A DNA stretch of 64,000 bases, from the IMG/VR virus record IMGVR_UViG_3300020165_002937. One strand, given 5' to 3'. Origin of the DNA: a virus. Position 1 is the stretch's first letter; every line of letters begins with the position of its first letter. The position numbers and the translations under genes were made by a program. Under the pieces are notes generated by a model that was given only the letters and a program-made list of their open reading frames with translations, was not told the origin of the DNA and did not search any database. This document shows, in pieces, positions 20,646-29,850 of this stretch.

Positions 20646-20674
20646 GCCGCTGGCAGACCGGTAAAAAGTCTGCC
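20646..20674 (+). repeat. Structured intergenic element, copy 3
   Basis: GCCGCTGGCAGACCGGTAAAAAGTCTGCC, identical to copy 4. Confidence 0.9.
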
Positions 20675-20692
20675 CTATTTTAAGGAGAGAAA

Positions 20693-20803
20693 ATGAGACT
20701 CGTTCTACCAGTCCTTGCCGTGACCCTATTGTTGGCTTGCGGGGAAAAGGATGAAGACACAGCGGCAGACACCGCTAGCTCTACTGACACAGCAGCAGAG
20801 TAA
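20693..20803 (+). CDS. 36-aa lipoprotein MRLVLPVLAVTLLLACGEKDEDTAADTASSTDTAAE (cassette 3; not in the ORF track)
   Basis: AAGGAG RBS, signal peptide with lipobox LLAC, three DTA repeats. Confidence 0.8.
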   Translation: MRLVLPVLAVTLLLACGEKDEDTAADTASSTDTAAE

Positions 20804-20808
20804 AAACA

Positions 20809-20837
20809 GCCGCTGGCAGACCGGTAAAAAGTCTGCC
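20809..20837 (+). repeat. Structured intergenic element, copy 4
   Basis: 29-bp exact direct repeat of 20646-20674, just upstream of the recA RBS. Confidence 0.9.
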
Positions 20838-20857
20838 GCCATTTTTATAAGGAGAGC

Positions 20858-22009
20858 ATGATGGCAAAAGCAAAAACAAAATCAACGGCCGGCCGCGTAC
20901 CGATGCAAGATTTAATGAAACTAGTTAACAAGAAGGCCGGCCGCAACGTTGCCCATGACTTGACTGGCGAAAACCCAACCGCGGTCAAAGAATGGATCCC
21001 AACCGGCTCACGCTGGCTTGATTCCATCATATGCAAGGGGCAGCTAGCTGGAATTCCAGTTGGTAAAGTTTCAGAGATCGCAGGTCTTGAGGCCACAGGC
21101 AAATCATATATGGCTGCCCAAGTTGCCGCAAACGCTCAGAAAATGGGCAAGGTTATCGTTTACTTCGATTCTGAGTCAGCTATCGACCCAGTATTCTTAG
21201 CGCAGGCAGGGTGCGACCTAGAGCGATTAATGTATATTCAGGCATCTTCTGTAGAGTTTGTTTTGGAGACTATTGAAGAATTACTCGGCGCAACAGATGA
21301 ACAGCTGGTATTTATTTGGGATTCGCTAGCTTTGACGCCCTCGATATCCGATGTTGAGGGGGACTTTAATCCTCAATCTTCGATGGCAGTGAAAGCACGC
21401 ATTTTGGCCAAAGGCATGTCAAAGCTTGTAATACCAATCGCAGACAGTCAAGCGACACTGATAGTTTTAAATCAGCTTAAGACAAACATTCCCCAGGGGC
21501 CGATGGCAAGACAGATCGCGATGACAACGCCGTATATCACACCTGGCGGAAAAGCAATGCACTATTCTTATTCGTTACGCATCTGGCTGACTGGACGAAA
21601 AGCAAAATCTGCTTTTATTGAAGACGAGAAAGGCTTTCGTATTGGCTCTGAAGTGAAGGTAAAACTAGAGAAATCTCGTTTTGGCACACAAGGCAGATCC
21701 TGCGCCTTCCGCATTCTGTGGGGCAACGAGGTAGGTATCCGAGATGAAGAATCGTGGTTTGACGCGATTAAAGGCTCCTCCTCGCTTACGAGTGCCGGCG
21801 CTTGGTACACACTAAAGACGGAAGATGGTTACGAAAAGAAATTCCAGCCATCGAAATGGACCGATATCATCTCTCAGGACGAAGAATTCAGAAGTAGAGT
21901 GATCCAGATCATGGATGAAGAAATAGTTAGCAAGTTTGATAAACGACAGGGTGACGCAAAGAATTTTTATGAAGACCCAGGGGATTTAACCGTCCCACTT
22001 AATGGCTAA
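20858..22009 (+). CDS. recA: RecA/UvsX recombinase
   Basis: 'IPTGS..LD', Walker A 'GLEATGKS', 'YFDSE', 'IWDSL', 'LNQL', 'TPGGKA'. Confidence 0.92.
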   Translation: MMAKAKTKSTAGRVPMQDLMKLVNKKAGRNVAHDLTGENPTAVKEWIPTGSRWLDSIICKGQLAGIPVGKVSEIAGLEATGKSYMAAQVAANAQKMGKVIVYFDSESAIDPVFLAQAGCDLERLMYIQASSVEFVLETIEELLGATDEQLVFIWDSLALTPSISDVEGDFNPQSSMAVKARILAKGMSKLVIPIADSQATLIVLNQLKTNIPQGPMARQIAMTTPYITPGGKAMHYSYSLRIWLTGRKAKSAFIEDEKGFRIGSEVKVKLEKSRFGTQGRSCAFRILWGNEVGIRDEESWFDAIKGSSSLTSAGAWYTLKTEDGYEKKFQPSKWTDIISQDEEFRSRVIQIMDEEIVSKFDKRQGDAKNFYEDPGDLTVPLNG

Positions 22010-22016
22010 AAAATAG

Positions 22017-22070
22017 TTGACAAGCAAGTCCCCATCCATTATATTATATGCTGGATGGGGATTTTTTATT
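22017..22070 (+). promoter_or_regulatory. Sigma70 promoter interleaved with a terminator-like hairpin
   Basis: TTGACA-N17-TATATT; the -10 box sits in the loop of TCCCCATCCA/TGGATGGGGA, followed by a T run. Confidence 0.6.
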
Positions 22071-22108
22071 GGTGCATACCTGCACCGCCTGTTCGCATAT
22101 AAGGAGTT

Positions 22109-23107
22109 ATGAAAATGAGCAAAACAAAAAGAGTATTAATCGTTGATGCGCTAAACGCGTACTTGAGGGCGTATATCGTAGATCCCTCGATTTCATTAAA
22201 CGGAGATCCAATTGGCGGCCTCAAAGGGTTCATTAAGATCCTGCAGAAATTAGTAAGAGAAAGCAACCCTAACGAAATTGTTGTAGTTTGGGATGGTCCA
22301 AATGGTTCTCGGAAAAGAAAGTCAATCGATAAATCCTACAAAGAAGGCCGCAAGCCCATTAGGCTTAATCGAGCATTCCACAATCTTACTGATGAACAAG
22401 AACTGATCAATAAGATGTGGCAGCAAAGTAGGATCATCGAGTTCTTGAATAACATGCCGGTTATCCAGTTTATGATACCGGAGATTGAAGCTGATGATGT
22501 GATCGCTTATCTGACCATGCTTCCGAAATATGATGGGTGGCAAAAGATTATAGTATCTAATGATAAAGACTTTATGCAAGTTTGCGATGACGAGACAATA
22601 CTTTTGCGTCCCGTAAAGAATGAGATAATGAACAAAGACAGAGTGATAGAGACAACCGGAGTTCATCCTACAAACATGGCTCTAGCCCGCTCAATCATTG
22701 GCGATAGTTCAGATAACTTGCCAGGGATCAAGGGAGTTGGATTTGGGACTGTAGCCAAACGCTTTGCCTTCCTCTCAGAAGAAAAAACGTACACGGTAGA
22801 CGAAATCATCGATCATTGCGAAAAATCCCTAGAAAATAGTAAGTTAAAGATTTATAATAATATAATCGAGGGCAAATCAATTATTGAGCATAACTATAAA
22901 ATGATGCAACTTTACAGTCCAATGATTTCAGTTCAGAGCAAAACCATGATCCGAGAATCTATAAACAATTTTGATTGTGAATTTAATAAAACAGCGATTA
23001 TAAAAATGATGATCGAAGACAACTTTGGTGAATTAAATTGGGAAGATCTGCGTGCTAACTTAAACAGAATTAACAGAGAGTGTGTTGACGGAGCAAACCA
23101 AACTTAA
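22109..23107 (+). CDS. 5'-3' exonuclease/flap endonuclease (Pol I N-terminal, T4 RNase H-like)
   Basis: 'LIVDALN', 'VVWDG', 'YKEGR', 'EADDVIA', 'SNDKDFMQ', 'GDSSDNLPGIKGVG'. Confidence 0.92.
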   Translation: MKMSKTKRVLIVDALNAYLRAYIVDPSISLNGDPIGGLKGFIKILQKLVRESNPNEIVVVWDGPNGSRKRKSIDKSYKEGRKPIRLNRAFHNLTDEQELINKMWQQSRIIEFLNNMPVIQFMIPEIEADDVIAYLTMLPKYDGWQKIIVSNDKDFMQVCDDETILLRPVKNEIMNKDRVIETTGVHPTNMALARSIIGDSSDNLPGIKGVGFGTVAKRFAFLSEEKTYTVDEIIDHCEKSLENSKLKIYNNIIEGKSIIEHNYKMMQLYSPMISVQSKTMIRESINNFDCEFNKTAIIKMMIEDNFGELNWEDLRANLNRINRECVDGANQT

Positions 23108-23170
23108 TGTTTTTTGACTTGACTTTACACGTGAATATGCTATACTTAGTAATACTAAAAGAGGGCGCTG

Positions 23171-24553
23171 ATGCTAGCTGAAAAAGCTAATTTCGGAAAG
23201 TATGGAAAAGCTTTCCAAGAGGGACTCGTACAACTCATTTTCCAAGACCGACCATTTGCAGATCAGATAACTGAGGTGTTAGATGTTGGCTTTCTTGAAC
23301 TTGAATATTTACAGGTTGTGCTTCAAAAGATCTTAGATTACCGAACTCGTTATCAGGTACACCCGTCCGTATCTGCTTTCGACACGATAATTAATACCGA
23401 GATGGATTCAGAAGAACAGATAATCCAAACGCAGGTGAGGGATTATTTCGATAAAATTCATGCCAGTGAACCCACTGATGTCAAATATATCAAAGAGACC
23501 TCTTTGGACTTTTGTAGGAAGCAAAATCTGAAAGAAGCGATGTTAAAGTCCGTAGGGCTGCTGCAGAACTGTAGTTTTGATGAAATCTCGACGGTCATCA
23601 ACGAGGCTCTGAAACTAGGTTCCAATACCGATTTTGGGTATGATTATTTAGCAGATTTTGAAACTCGATTTATACCAAGATTCCGCGGCCCAGTCACCAC
23701 CGGTTGGAACGATATTGATGCGCTTATGGGTGGCGGTTTAGGAAAGAGTGAGCTTGGCGTGGTGGTAGCCCCCACAGGCGCCGGCAAATCAATGGTGTTG
23801 GTCCACTTAGGTGCTGCAGCTATTCAAGAAGGCAAAACCGTAGTCCACTATACCCTTGAGTTGCAAGACACGGTGATCGCTACTCGCTATGATAGTTGTA
23901 TTACCGGCCTCCCACTTTCAGATCTAATAGGCTTCAAAGAAGAGATTTACGAAAAAGTTAAAGAAGTTGAAGGAAAGTTAATAGTTAAAGAATACCCAAC
24001 GAAATCTGCTTCCACGAACACAATAAAAAATCATCTGTCGAGGCTGTTGAAGCGAGGCATCAAGCCCGGCCTTATAATTGTAGATTACGCAGATCTATTA
24101 AAGCCGGTTGTTGTTCGCAAAGAAAAGCGTAACGAGTTAGAGTCGATCTATGAAGAGTTGCGAGGCTTATCAACCGAGTTTGAATGCCCCATCTGGACGG
24201 CTTCGCAGACAAACCGATCTGGCCTGAATGCAGAAGTGATCACGATGGAGCAAATTTCCGAAGCTTTTAATAAATGCTTTGTGGCTGACTTTATTATGTC
24301 AGTATCGAGAACAATTGAAGACAAACAAAAGAACGAAGGTAAAATATTTATTGCCAAAAATAGAAATGGGCCAGATGGAATGGTTCACAATATATTTATG
24401 GATACATCCAATGTGTGTATTAAGATTTTACCCAAGATAAACAATAGTATGACAAACAGCTTAACAATTCCGTTAAATCCGGTTACATTAGAGACTAAGA
24501 CTCAACGAGAATTGTTAAACAACAAATATAAAAATTTTAGAAATAGAAAATAA
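23171..24553 (+). CDS. Replicative DnaB/gp41-like helicase
   Basis: 'APTGAGKS', 'TLEL', 'VKEYPT', 'IVDYADL', 'WTASQTNR', 'KNRNG'. Confidence 0.92.
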   Translation: MLAEKANFGKYGKAFQEGLVQLIFQDRPFADQITEVLDVGFLELEYLQVVLQKILDYRTRYQVHPSVSAFDTIINTEMDSEEQIIQTQVRDYFDKIHASEPTDVKYIKETSLDFCRKQNLKEAMLKSVGLLQNCSFDEISTVINEALKLGSNTDFGYDYLADFETRFIPRFRGPVTTGWNDIDALMGGGLGKSELGVVVAPTGAGKSMVLVHLGAAAIQEGKTVVHYTLELQDTVIATRYDSCITGLPLSDLIGFKEEIYEKVKEVEGKLIVKEYPTKSASTNTIKNHLSRLLKRGIKPGLIIVDYADLLKPVVVRKEKRNELESIYEELRGLSTEFECPIWTASQTNRSGLNAEVITMEQISEAFNKCFVADFIMSVSRTIEDKQKNEGKIFIAKNRNGPDGMVHNIFMDTSNVCIKILPKINNSMTNSLTIPLNPVTLETKTQRELLNNKYKNFRNRK

Positions 24554-24569
24554 AGGAACTTAAATTATT

Positions 24570-26537
24570 ATGAGAACAATTGAAAATATCCGCAGATTTC
24601 GTCTAAGTGACACTTTTATAGATCCGTATAAGGAGAAAGAAGTGCCATGGGGCCCATTGGGCTATGTTACATACAAGAGAACATACTCAAGAAGATTAAG
24701 TGAATTCGATCCTGAATCAGCCGGCTCAGAAGAGTGGTGGCAAACATGTAGGCGTGTTATCGAAGGAATGTTTAACATGCAGAAGCAACATGTCTTCCAG
24801 CTTGGGTTAGAGTGGAACGATAATAAAGCTCAAAAAACTGCAAAAGATGCATATGGCCGACTTTTTGAACTAAAGTGGACTCCCCCTGGCCGCGGCCTGT
24901 GGATGATGGGCACTAAATTCGTAGAAGAGAGGACTGCCGCGGGCCTTTTCAATTGCGCTTTTCGTTCCACCAGGGATTTGGTCAGCAAAGGTGGTTATCT
25001 TTTCGCTTGGATGATGGATGCTTTAATGGTCGGCGTTGGCGTAGGTTTTGACACCGAGGGTGCCGGCACAGTTACCATAAAAGAACCCGAGTATACAAAC
25101 GACACTTTAGTTATAGATGATTCGCGCGAAGGATGGGTTGATTCCGTCCATATGCTTTTAGATGGTTTCTTTTTTGGTGGTAAGGTCCCCAAATTCGATT
25201 ATTCTGCCATTCGGCCCGAAGGTGCGTTAATTAGGGGCTTTGGGGGTACATCATCCGGCCCGGGCCCGCTGATCGAGTTGCATAAAAACCTAACAGAGTT
25301 ATACTCCGATAAGATTGGAGAAACTATCACATCCGTTGACATCGTAGATACCGAAAACCTAATTGGTCGTTGTGTGGTATCGGGTAATGTTCGACGCTCC
25401 GCTGCCTTAGCTATGGGGCGCCATGACGACACCAGATATCTTGAGATGAAGAATGATCAAGAAAAACTCTATCACCATCGATGGGGCTCAAATAATTCTT
25501 TTAACGCTCAAGTTGGGATGGACTACACATGGCACGCAAAACAAAGCCAAAAGAACGGTGAGCCGGGTTATATTTGGTTAGATAACGCCCGAACACGCGG
25601 CCGTTTTAAGGATGGGCCTCGATACGATGATATTAACGTAGCTGGTTTTAATCCCTGCGTTGAACAGCAATTAGAAGATGCAGAATTGTGTTGCCTAGTT
25701 GAAACATACCCAGCAAAACATGAAAACTCTGAAGACTACTTGCGTACTTTAAAGATCGCATATCTTTATGGAAAAACCATTACTCTTTCCAACACGCACT
25801 GGCCGGAGACAAACGCCAAGATGCTCAAAAATCGCAGGATTGGATTATCACAATCTGGGGTTGTGCAGGCGTTTAATAAGTTTGGTAGGAGAGAGGTATA
25901 TCAAATGTGTGATCAGGCGTATGACTACGTTAAGCAACTAGATGAGGAGTATTCAAATTGGTTATGTATTCCAAAGTCGGTACGCATGACCTCTATTAAG
26001 CCATCTGGAACAGTTTCTCTCTTAAACGGCTCAACCCCAGGAATTCACTTTCCTGAAGACGAGTACTATATCCGTAGAATTAGATTTTCTGAGACTTCAG
26101 CTCTCCTAGGCCCATTGAAGGCTGCGGGCTACTATATGGAACCAGATGAGTATACCCCTCATACCACAGTAGTAGAGTTTCCGGTCCATGAGCCATACTT
26201 TACTAAAGGTAAACGAGATGTTAGTATGTGGGAGCAATTAGAAATGGCAGCTCAATATCAGCATTATTGGGCAGATAATTCAGTTTCTATTACAGTTACC
26301 TTTAAGCCAGAAGAGGCTGACCAGATTAAAGAGGCCTTAGAGCTTTATGAGACAAGATTAAAGGCAGTATCATTTCTACGTCACGAAGAAACTGGATATG
26401 TGCAGGCGCCCTACGAACCCATAACAGCAGAGGAGTATGAAACTAAAATGTCAAGCATTACCCCGATCACAAAGTTTGAAACCGATGAGGGTGGAGCTGG
26501 TTCTAAATTTTGTACCAACGATACATGTACTATCTAG
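24570..26537 (+). CDS. nrdJ: Class II (B12-dependent) monomeric ribonucleotide reductase
   Basis: 'PPGRGLW', 'FNCAF', 'GNVRRSA', 'NPCVEQ', 'CCLVE', 'KPSGTVSLL', C-terminal 'CTNDTC'. Confidence 0.92.
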   Translation: MRTIENIRRFRLSDTFIDPYKEKEVPWGPLGYVTYKRTYSRRLSEFDPESAGSEEWWQTCRRVIEGMFNMQKQHVFQLGLEWNDNKAQKTAKDAYGRLFELKWTPPGRGLWMMGTKFVEERTAAGLFNCAFRSTRDLVSKGGYLFAWMMDALMVGVGVGFDTEGAGTVTIKEPEYTNDTLVIDDSREGWVDSVHMLLDGFFFGGKVPKFDYSAIRPEGALIRGFGGTSSGPGPLIELHKNLTELYSDKIGETITSVDIVDTENLIGRCVVSGNVRRSAALAMGRHDDTRYLEMKNDQEKLYHHRWGSNNSFNAQVGMDYTWHAKQSQKNGEPGYIWLDNARTRGRFKDGPRYDDINVAGFNPCVEQQLEDAELCCLVETYPAKHENSEDYLRTLKIAYLYGKTITLSNTHWPETNAKMLKNRRIGLSQSGVVQAFNKFGRREVYQMCDQAYDYVKQLDEEYSNWLCIPKSVRMTSIKPSGTVSLLNGSTPGIHFPEDEYYIRRIRFSETSALLGPLKAAGYYMEPDEYTPHTTVVEFPVHEPYFTKGKRDVSMWEQLEMAAQYQHYWADNSVSITVTFKPEEADQIKEALELYETRLKAVSFLRHEETGYVQAPYEPITAEEYETKMSSITPITKFETDEGGAGSKFCTNDTCTI

Positions 26538-26549
26538 AAAGGAGACGAT

Positions 26550-26810
26550 ATGAATTTTAGCCATCTTTTAAGTGAAAAACGCCGGAGACTAACATGTAGA
26601 AATAAAGCAGTGTCTTCGGAAGAGTGCTATTGGGTACCCACCGGTAATATACGCTCAATGATAGGAGGGCACGTGAATGTTACACTATATTGCAGAAACT
26701 GTGGTAAAATAGAGGATGTTTTCCTGACATCCGATCAATTCAAAAATCAGGAAGAAATATTAACGAAACAAATCAACAAGGAGATAAAACGTGTTCAAGC
26801 CCGTCAATAG
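26550..26810 (+). CDS. Small Cys-containing hypothetical protein
   Basis: AGGAG RBS, CxxC. Confidence 0.55.
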   Translation: MNFSHLLSEKRRRLTCRNKAVSSEECYWVPTGNIRSMIGGHVNVTLYCRNCGKIEDVFLTSDQFKNQEEILTKQINKEIKRVQARQ

Positions 26811-27063
26811 GCATCTTTTGGTAGAGATGCCTCTAGAAAGCGATACCGAGTCATTGGTAATTTTACCAGACAATTACCAACCAAGGGATCATAACCATGC
26901 GGTAGTATCCGTTTTGGATATTGCTGATGATGCGAAACATCAACTAGCAAAAAATACGCAAATAGTGGTAGACAGGTCAATGATCGAAGAAATTTACATT
27001 GGCCACACTACTTACAGTGTCATATTAGAAAACTATATTTTGGGTATTTTAGAAAATAAATAA
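26791..27063 (+). CDS. Divergent GroES-like co-chaperonin
   Basis: 'FKPVNRHLLVE', 'VILPD', C-terminal 'ILENYILGIL'; 90 aa. Confidence 0.65.
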   Translation: MFKPVNRHLLVEMPLESDTESLVILPDNYQPRDHNHAVVSVLDIADDAKHQLAKNTQIVVDRSMIEEIYIGHTTYSVILENYILGILENK

Positions 27064-27096
27064 TTTACCTTTGCATCGGGGGGTGAATAATATAAT

Positions 27097-28035
27097 ATGG
27101 ATAAACATTTTTACAACGAGGCCTCTGCCAAAAAACTTGGGTGGGAACCTAGTTGGTTTGGGGAAAAATATTTTGATGACAAGCTCGTACGAGCTATAAA
27201 AAAGTGGCAACGTTCCCGAGAGATCACGCCCGATGGCCTTTGCGGCCCGATGACGTTCCGCCGGCTGTGGACCGAAAGACAGTCGGAGATAGACCACTTT
27301 AAACCATCCAATCTTCATTACTCAAATTATGTTGTTTATAACGGAGACTTTTTTCCTATTGAGTGGGACAAATTTATCCTATGGTCGGAAAAAGGAGGCC
27401 TAACTGCTAAGCGCGGCCATTATTACGATTATTCCGGTCGTCCCAAGCGAAAGATAAGATATTTTGTAAATCACTGGGATGTCTGTTTATCATCAAATTC
27501 TTGCCAGAATGTGCTAGACAAGAGAGGCATTTCAGTGCATTTTTTAATAGACAACGATGGCACAATTTACCAAACTATGGACATGCAACATGCAGCGTGG
27601 CATGCCGGCTCAGCGCGAACCAATCGGCCATCAATTGGTGTCGAGATCACCAACGCATATTATCTAAAATACCAAGACTGGTATAAACAGAACGGACTTG
27701 GTCAACGCCCAATTGTTGATGATGCCTGGGTTCATGGCACCAAACTGTCGCCGTTCCTGGGTTTTTACCCGACACAAATAAATGCCCTCAAATCGCTTTG
27801 GAAGGCTATAAAAAATGCAACTGACATACCTTACCAAACACCTCAAAATCAGTTCGGAAAGACTTCGACCAAGTACGAACAAGAAGTGGCGTACGGGAAT
27901 TTTACAGGGTTTGTTAGCCACTACCACGTGAGCAAAAGCAAGATAGACTGCGCCGGCTTAGATATAGCCGCGCTTTTAAAAGAAATAGAAGAAGAAGAAA
28001 GGGATAGTTGCCCAATCGACGATTTCCCGCAATAA
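27097..28035 (+). CDS. Endolysin: peptidoglycan-binding domain plus N-acetylmuramoyl-L-alanine amidase
   Basis: 'AIKKWQ....TPDGLCGPMT', 'SVHFLIDNDGTIYQ', 'AWHAG', 'SIGVEI', 'KIDC'. Confidence 0.9.
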   Translation: MDKHFYNEASAKKLGWEPSWFGEKYFDDKLVRAIKKWQRSREITPDGLCGPMTFRRLWTERQSEIDHFKPSNLHYSNYVVYNGDFFPIEWDKFILWSEKGGLTAKRGHYYDYSGRPKRKIRYFVNHWDVCLSSNSCQNVLDKRGISVHFLIDNDGTIYQTMDMQHAAWHAGSARTNRPSIGVEITNAYYLKYQDWYKQNGLGQRPIVDDAWVHGTKLSPFLGFYPTQINALKSLWKAIKNATDIPYQTPQNQFGKTSTKYEQEVAYGNFTGFVSHYHVSKSKIDCAGLDIAALLKEIEEEERDSCPIDDFPQ

Positions 28036-28068
28036 GTTATATAATAAACTTTTATCCCTACTTAAGAC

Positions 28069-28605
28069 ATGGGGATTTTATTTTTTTGGCTAAGCTGCCT
28101 AGGCGCTTTAGCGTCTGAGCCTTTTATGTTGAGGATTAGTAGTCCTCCTGTGTTGGAAGTTTTTGTACTAGGGCTTCCACATCAAAAAGCTGCATGGGAT
28201 GTCACCCCGACTATACGAATATGCCAAAGCTCAGAGGTCGATGTATACAGGGTCTCACATGCGTCGAGATATTGGGAGAAATTGGGGTATAAATTCGATG
28301 GAGTTTATCTCGACAGTTCACCGACATGCATGAATCCGAGATTTGGGGAAATTTTAGTAGCCCTCCCCGAAGGAGACTTTCGTTCGTCTCACATGGCATC
28401 AACAAAAATATACACTCATGTGAAAAATAACACCATAGTAAAAGCTAAAATATATATTACGCCACGAAATTCAAAAAAACAAAGGGTTTTGGAGCATGAA
28501 ATTGGCCACGCTCTTGGATGGAGTCACTACAACCAAAAATTTCATATGATGAATTCAAATTGGTTTTTAGGTGGTTATGACGACCGCGGTCTTCGACAAA
28601 AATAA
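28069..28605 (+). CDS. Secreted matrixin-like zinc metallopeptidase
   Basis: HEIGHALGWSH plus Met-turn; signal peptide. Confidence 0.8.
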   Translation: MGILFFWLSCLGALASEPFMLRISSPPVLEVFVLGLPHQKAAWDVTPTIRICQSSEVDVYRVSHASRYWEKLGYKFDGVYLDSSPTCMNPRFGEILVALPEGDFRSSHMASTKIYTHVKNNTIVKAKIYITPRNSKKQRVLEHEIGHALGWSHYNQKFHMMNSNWFLGGYDDRGLRQK

Positions 28606-28634
28606 TTGACAAACAACGCCAATTAAGTTATAAT
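28606..28634 (+). promoter_or_regulatory. Consensus sigma70 promoter
   Basis: TTGACA-N17-TATAAT. Confidence 0.8.
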
Positions 28635-28659
28635 ATTTTAAACATAAACTAGGAGAAAC

Positions 28660-29850
28660 ATGTTTACAAACTTATTGTTATCGCTATGCCTTATGGGCAC
28701 CGCAAACGCTGAAGCTTTGAGCGACAGCGAGACGTCTTATTCGGGCGCATCTATCTTAGAAGGGGACTGGGACGTATCGTTTGAAACCGCTACCGACATC
28801 GCTGGCAGTGAGGGCCGATTTCCGTACGCCTTTTTTGAGGGGAATACCCTTTACGTGGGGAACTCGGATATTTATGATAACACCGTTGATGCCATTGTGG
28901 AATTTTTCTGGTTTCAATCGTCGATTGATAGGGGTACAGATTTTTATGTTGCCGTCATTAAAACGCGAGTTACCCCAGGGCATGACTGCCACTACGCACC
29001 TTGGGACTGGGCAAGAGGAGCACAATGCAAACTCTGGGCTGATGAATGGAGTGATTGGGGTGAACATCCAGTTTTAAGTGTTGAAGCTATGACTGACGTT
29101 GAGCGCGAGCAAGGAGCTTTCCGCTGGGACTGGTCAGTCCCATTTGAGTCATATGGCATCGATGCTTACGGGCAAGTTACATTCCAGAACGCTTACGGAA
29201 TTGGTTCTGATTCAGAAGGTGCTGTAATGGCGCATGGGGAATATAAGATCGATGAAGAAGGCACCGAAATGCAAGCAGCCGGTAATCTCCAGGTGAAGGG
29301 CTACCACTCGTCGGAGTACTCGGTCCAGACGCAATATGAAGTTACCCTTTATGAGTGGGATTTGTTTGTCGATGGGCGCGCCGATCTAATGGCGTGGGAC
29401 ATGTATCTAAACCTAGGCACCCGTGAAACACAGTCCGCCTATCACGAATACTTTTTGAGTATCCAAGTTGAAGAAGGCATGCCTTTCATGATAGACGAGT
29501 TAAACTTTGTGGGTAACTTCGATACTGGTTGGTATGACCCTTTCCATCATGAGCTTGGCGTAACATTGAGCGATTTAGTAATTTCGCAGCCGTTTTTTAT
29601 TCCTGCTGATGAGGGAGATGAAGAACAGCCAGTCACCGCAGATACCGGTGATGCACCCGAGCAAGAAGATACTGGGTTTGAACATGAGGAGAATTCAGAT
29701 ACCGGTGGCCCGTTTGAGTTTGCTGAAAATACGAGAGGCCCAAGTCCCAAATCTTCTGCAGGGTGTAACAGCGTGTTAACTAGCCGCGGCAGTTTGTACG
29801 TTATCTTTATGGCTGCTTTGGTAGCCGGCTTTAGACGAAAAGAAGATTGA
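28660..29850 (+). CDS. Secreted acidic surface protein with MYXO-CTERM-like sorting signal
   Basis: Signal peptide; DTG linker repeats; C-terminus 'SSAGCNS...YVIFMAALVAGFRRKED'. Confidence 0.7.
   Translation: MFTNLLLSLCLMGTANAEALSDSETSYSGASILEGDWDVSFETATDIAGSEGRFPYAFFEGNTLYVGNSDIYDNTVDAIVEFFWFQSSIDRGTDFYVAVIKTRVTPGHDCHYAPWDWARGAQCKLWADEWSDWGEHPVLSVEAMTDVEREQGAFRWDWSVPFESYGIDAYGQVTFQNAYGIGSDSEGAVMAHGEYKIDEEGTEMQAAGNLQVKGYHSSEYSVQTQYEVTLYEWDLFVDGRADLMAWDMYLNLGTRETQSAYHEYFLSIQVEEGMPFMIDELNFVGNFDTGWYDPFHHELGVTLSDLVISQPFFIPADEGDEEQPVTADTGDAPEQEDTGFEHEENSDTGGPFEFAENTRGPSPKSSAGCNSVLTSRGSLYVIFMAALVAGFRRKED

Noticed and set aside
20646-20674. preQ1-I or SAM-II riboswitch (tempting given the queF-like gene)
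   Set aside because: Only the topology is similar; the conserved ligand-binding nucleotides are not recognisable and the downstream genes are unrelated
19712-20837. Repeats as a mini-CRISPR array
   Set aside because: The intervals are about 130-590 bp and contain RBS-bearing ORFs, and no cas genes are present
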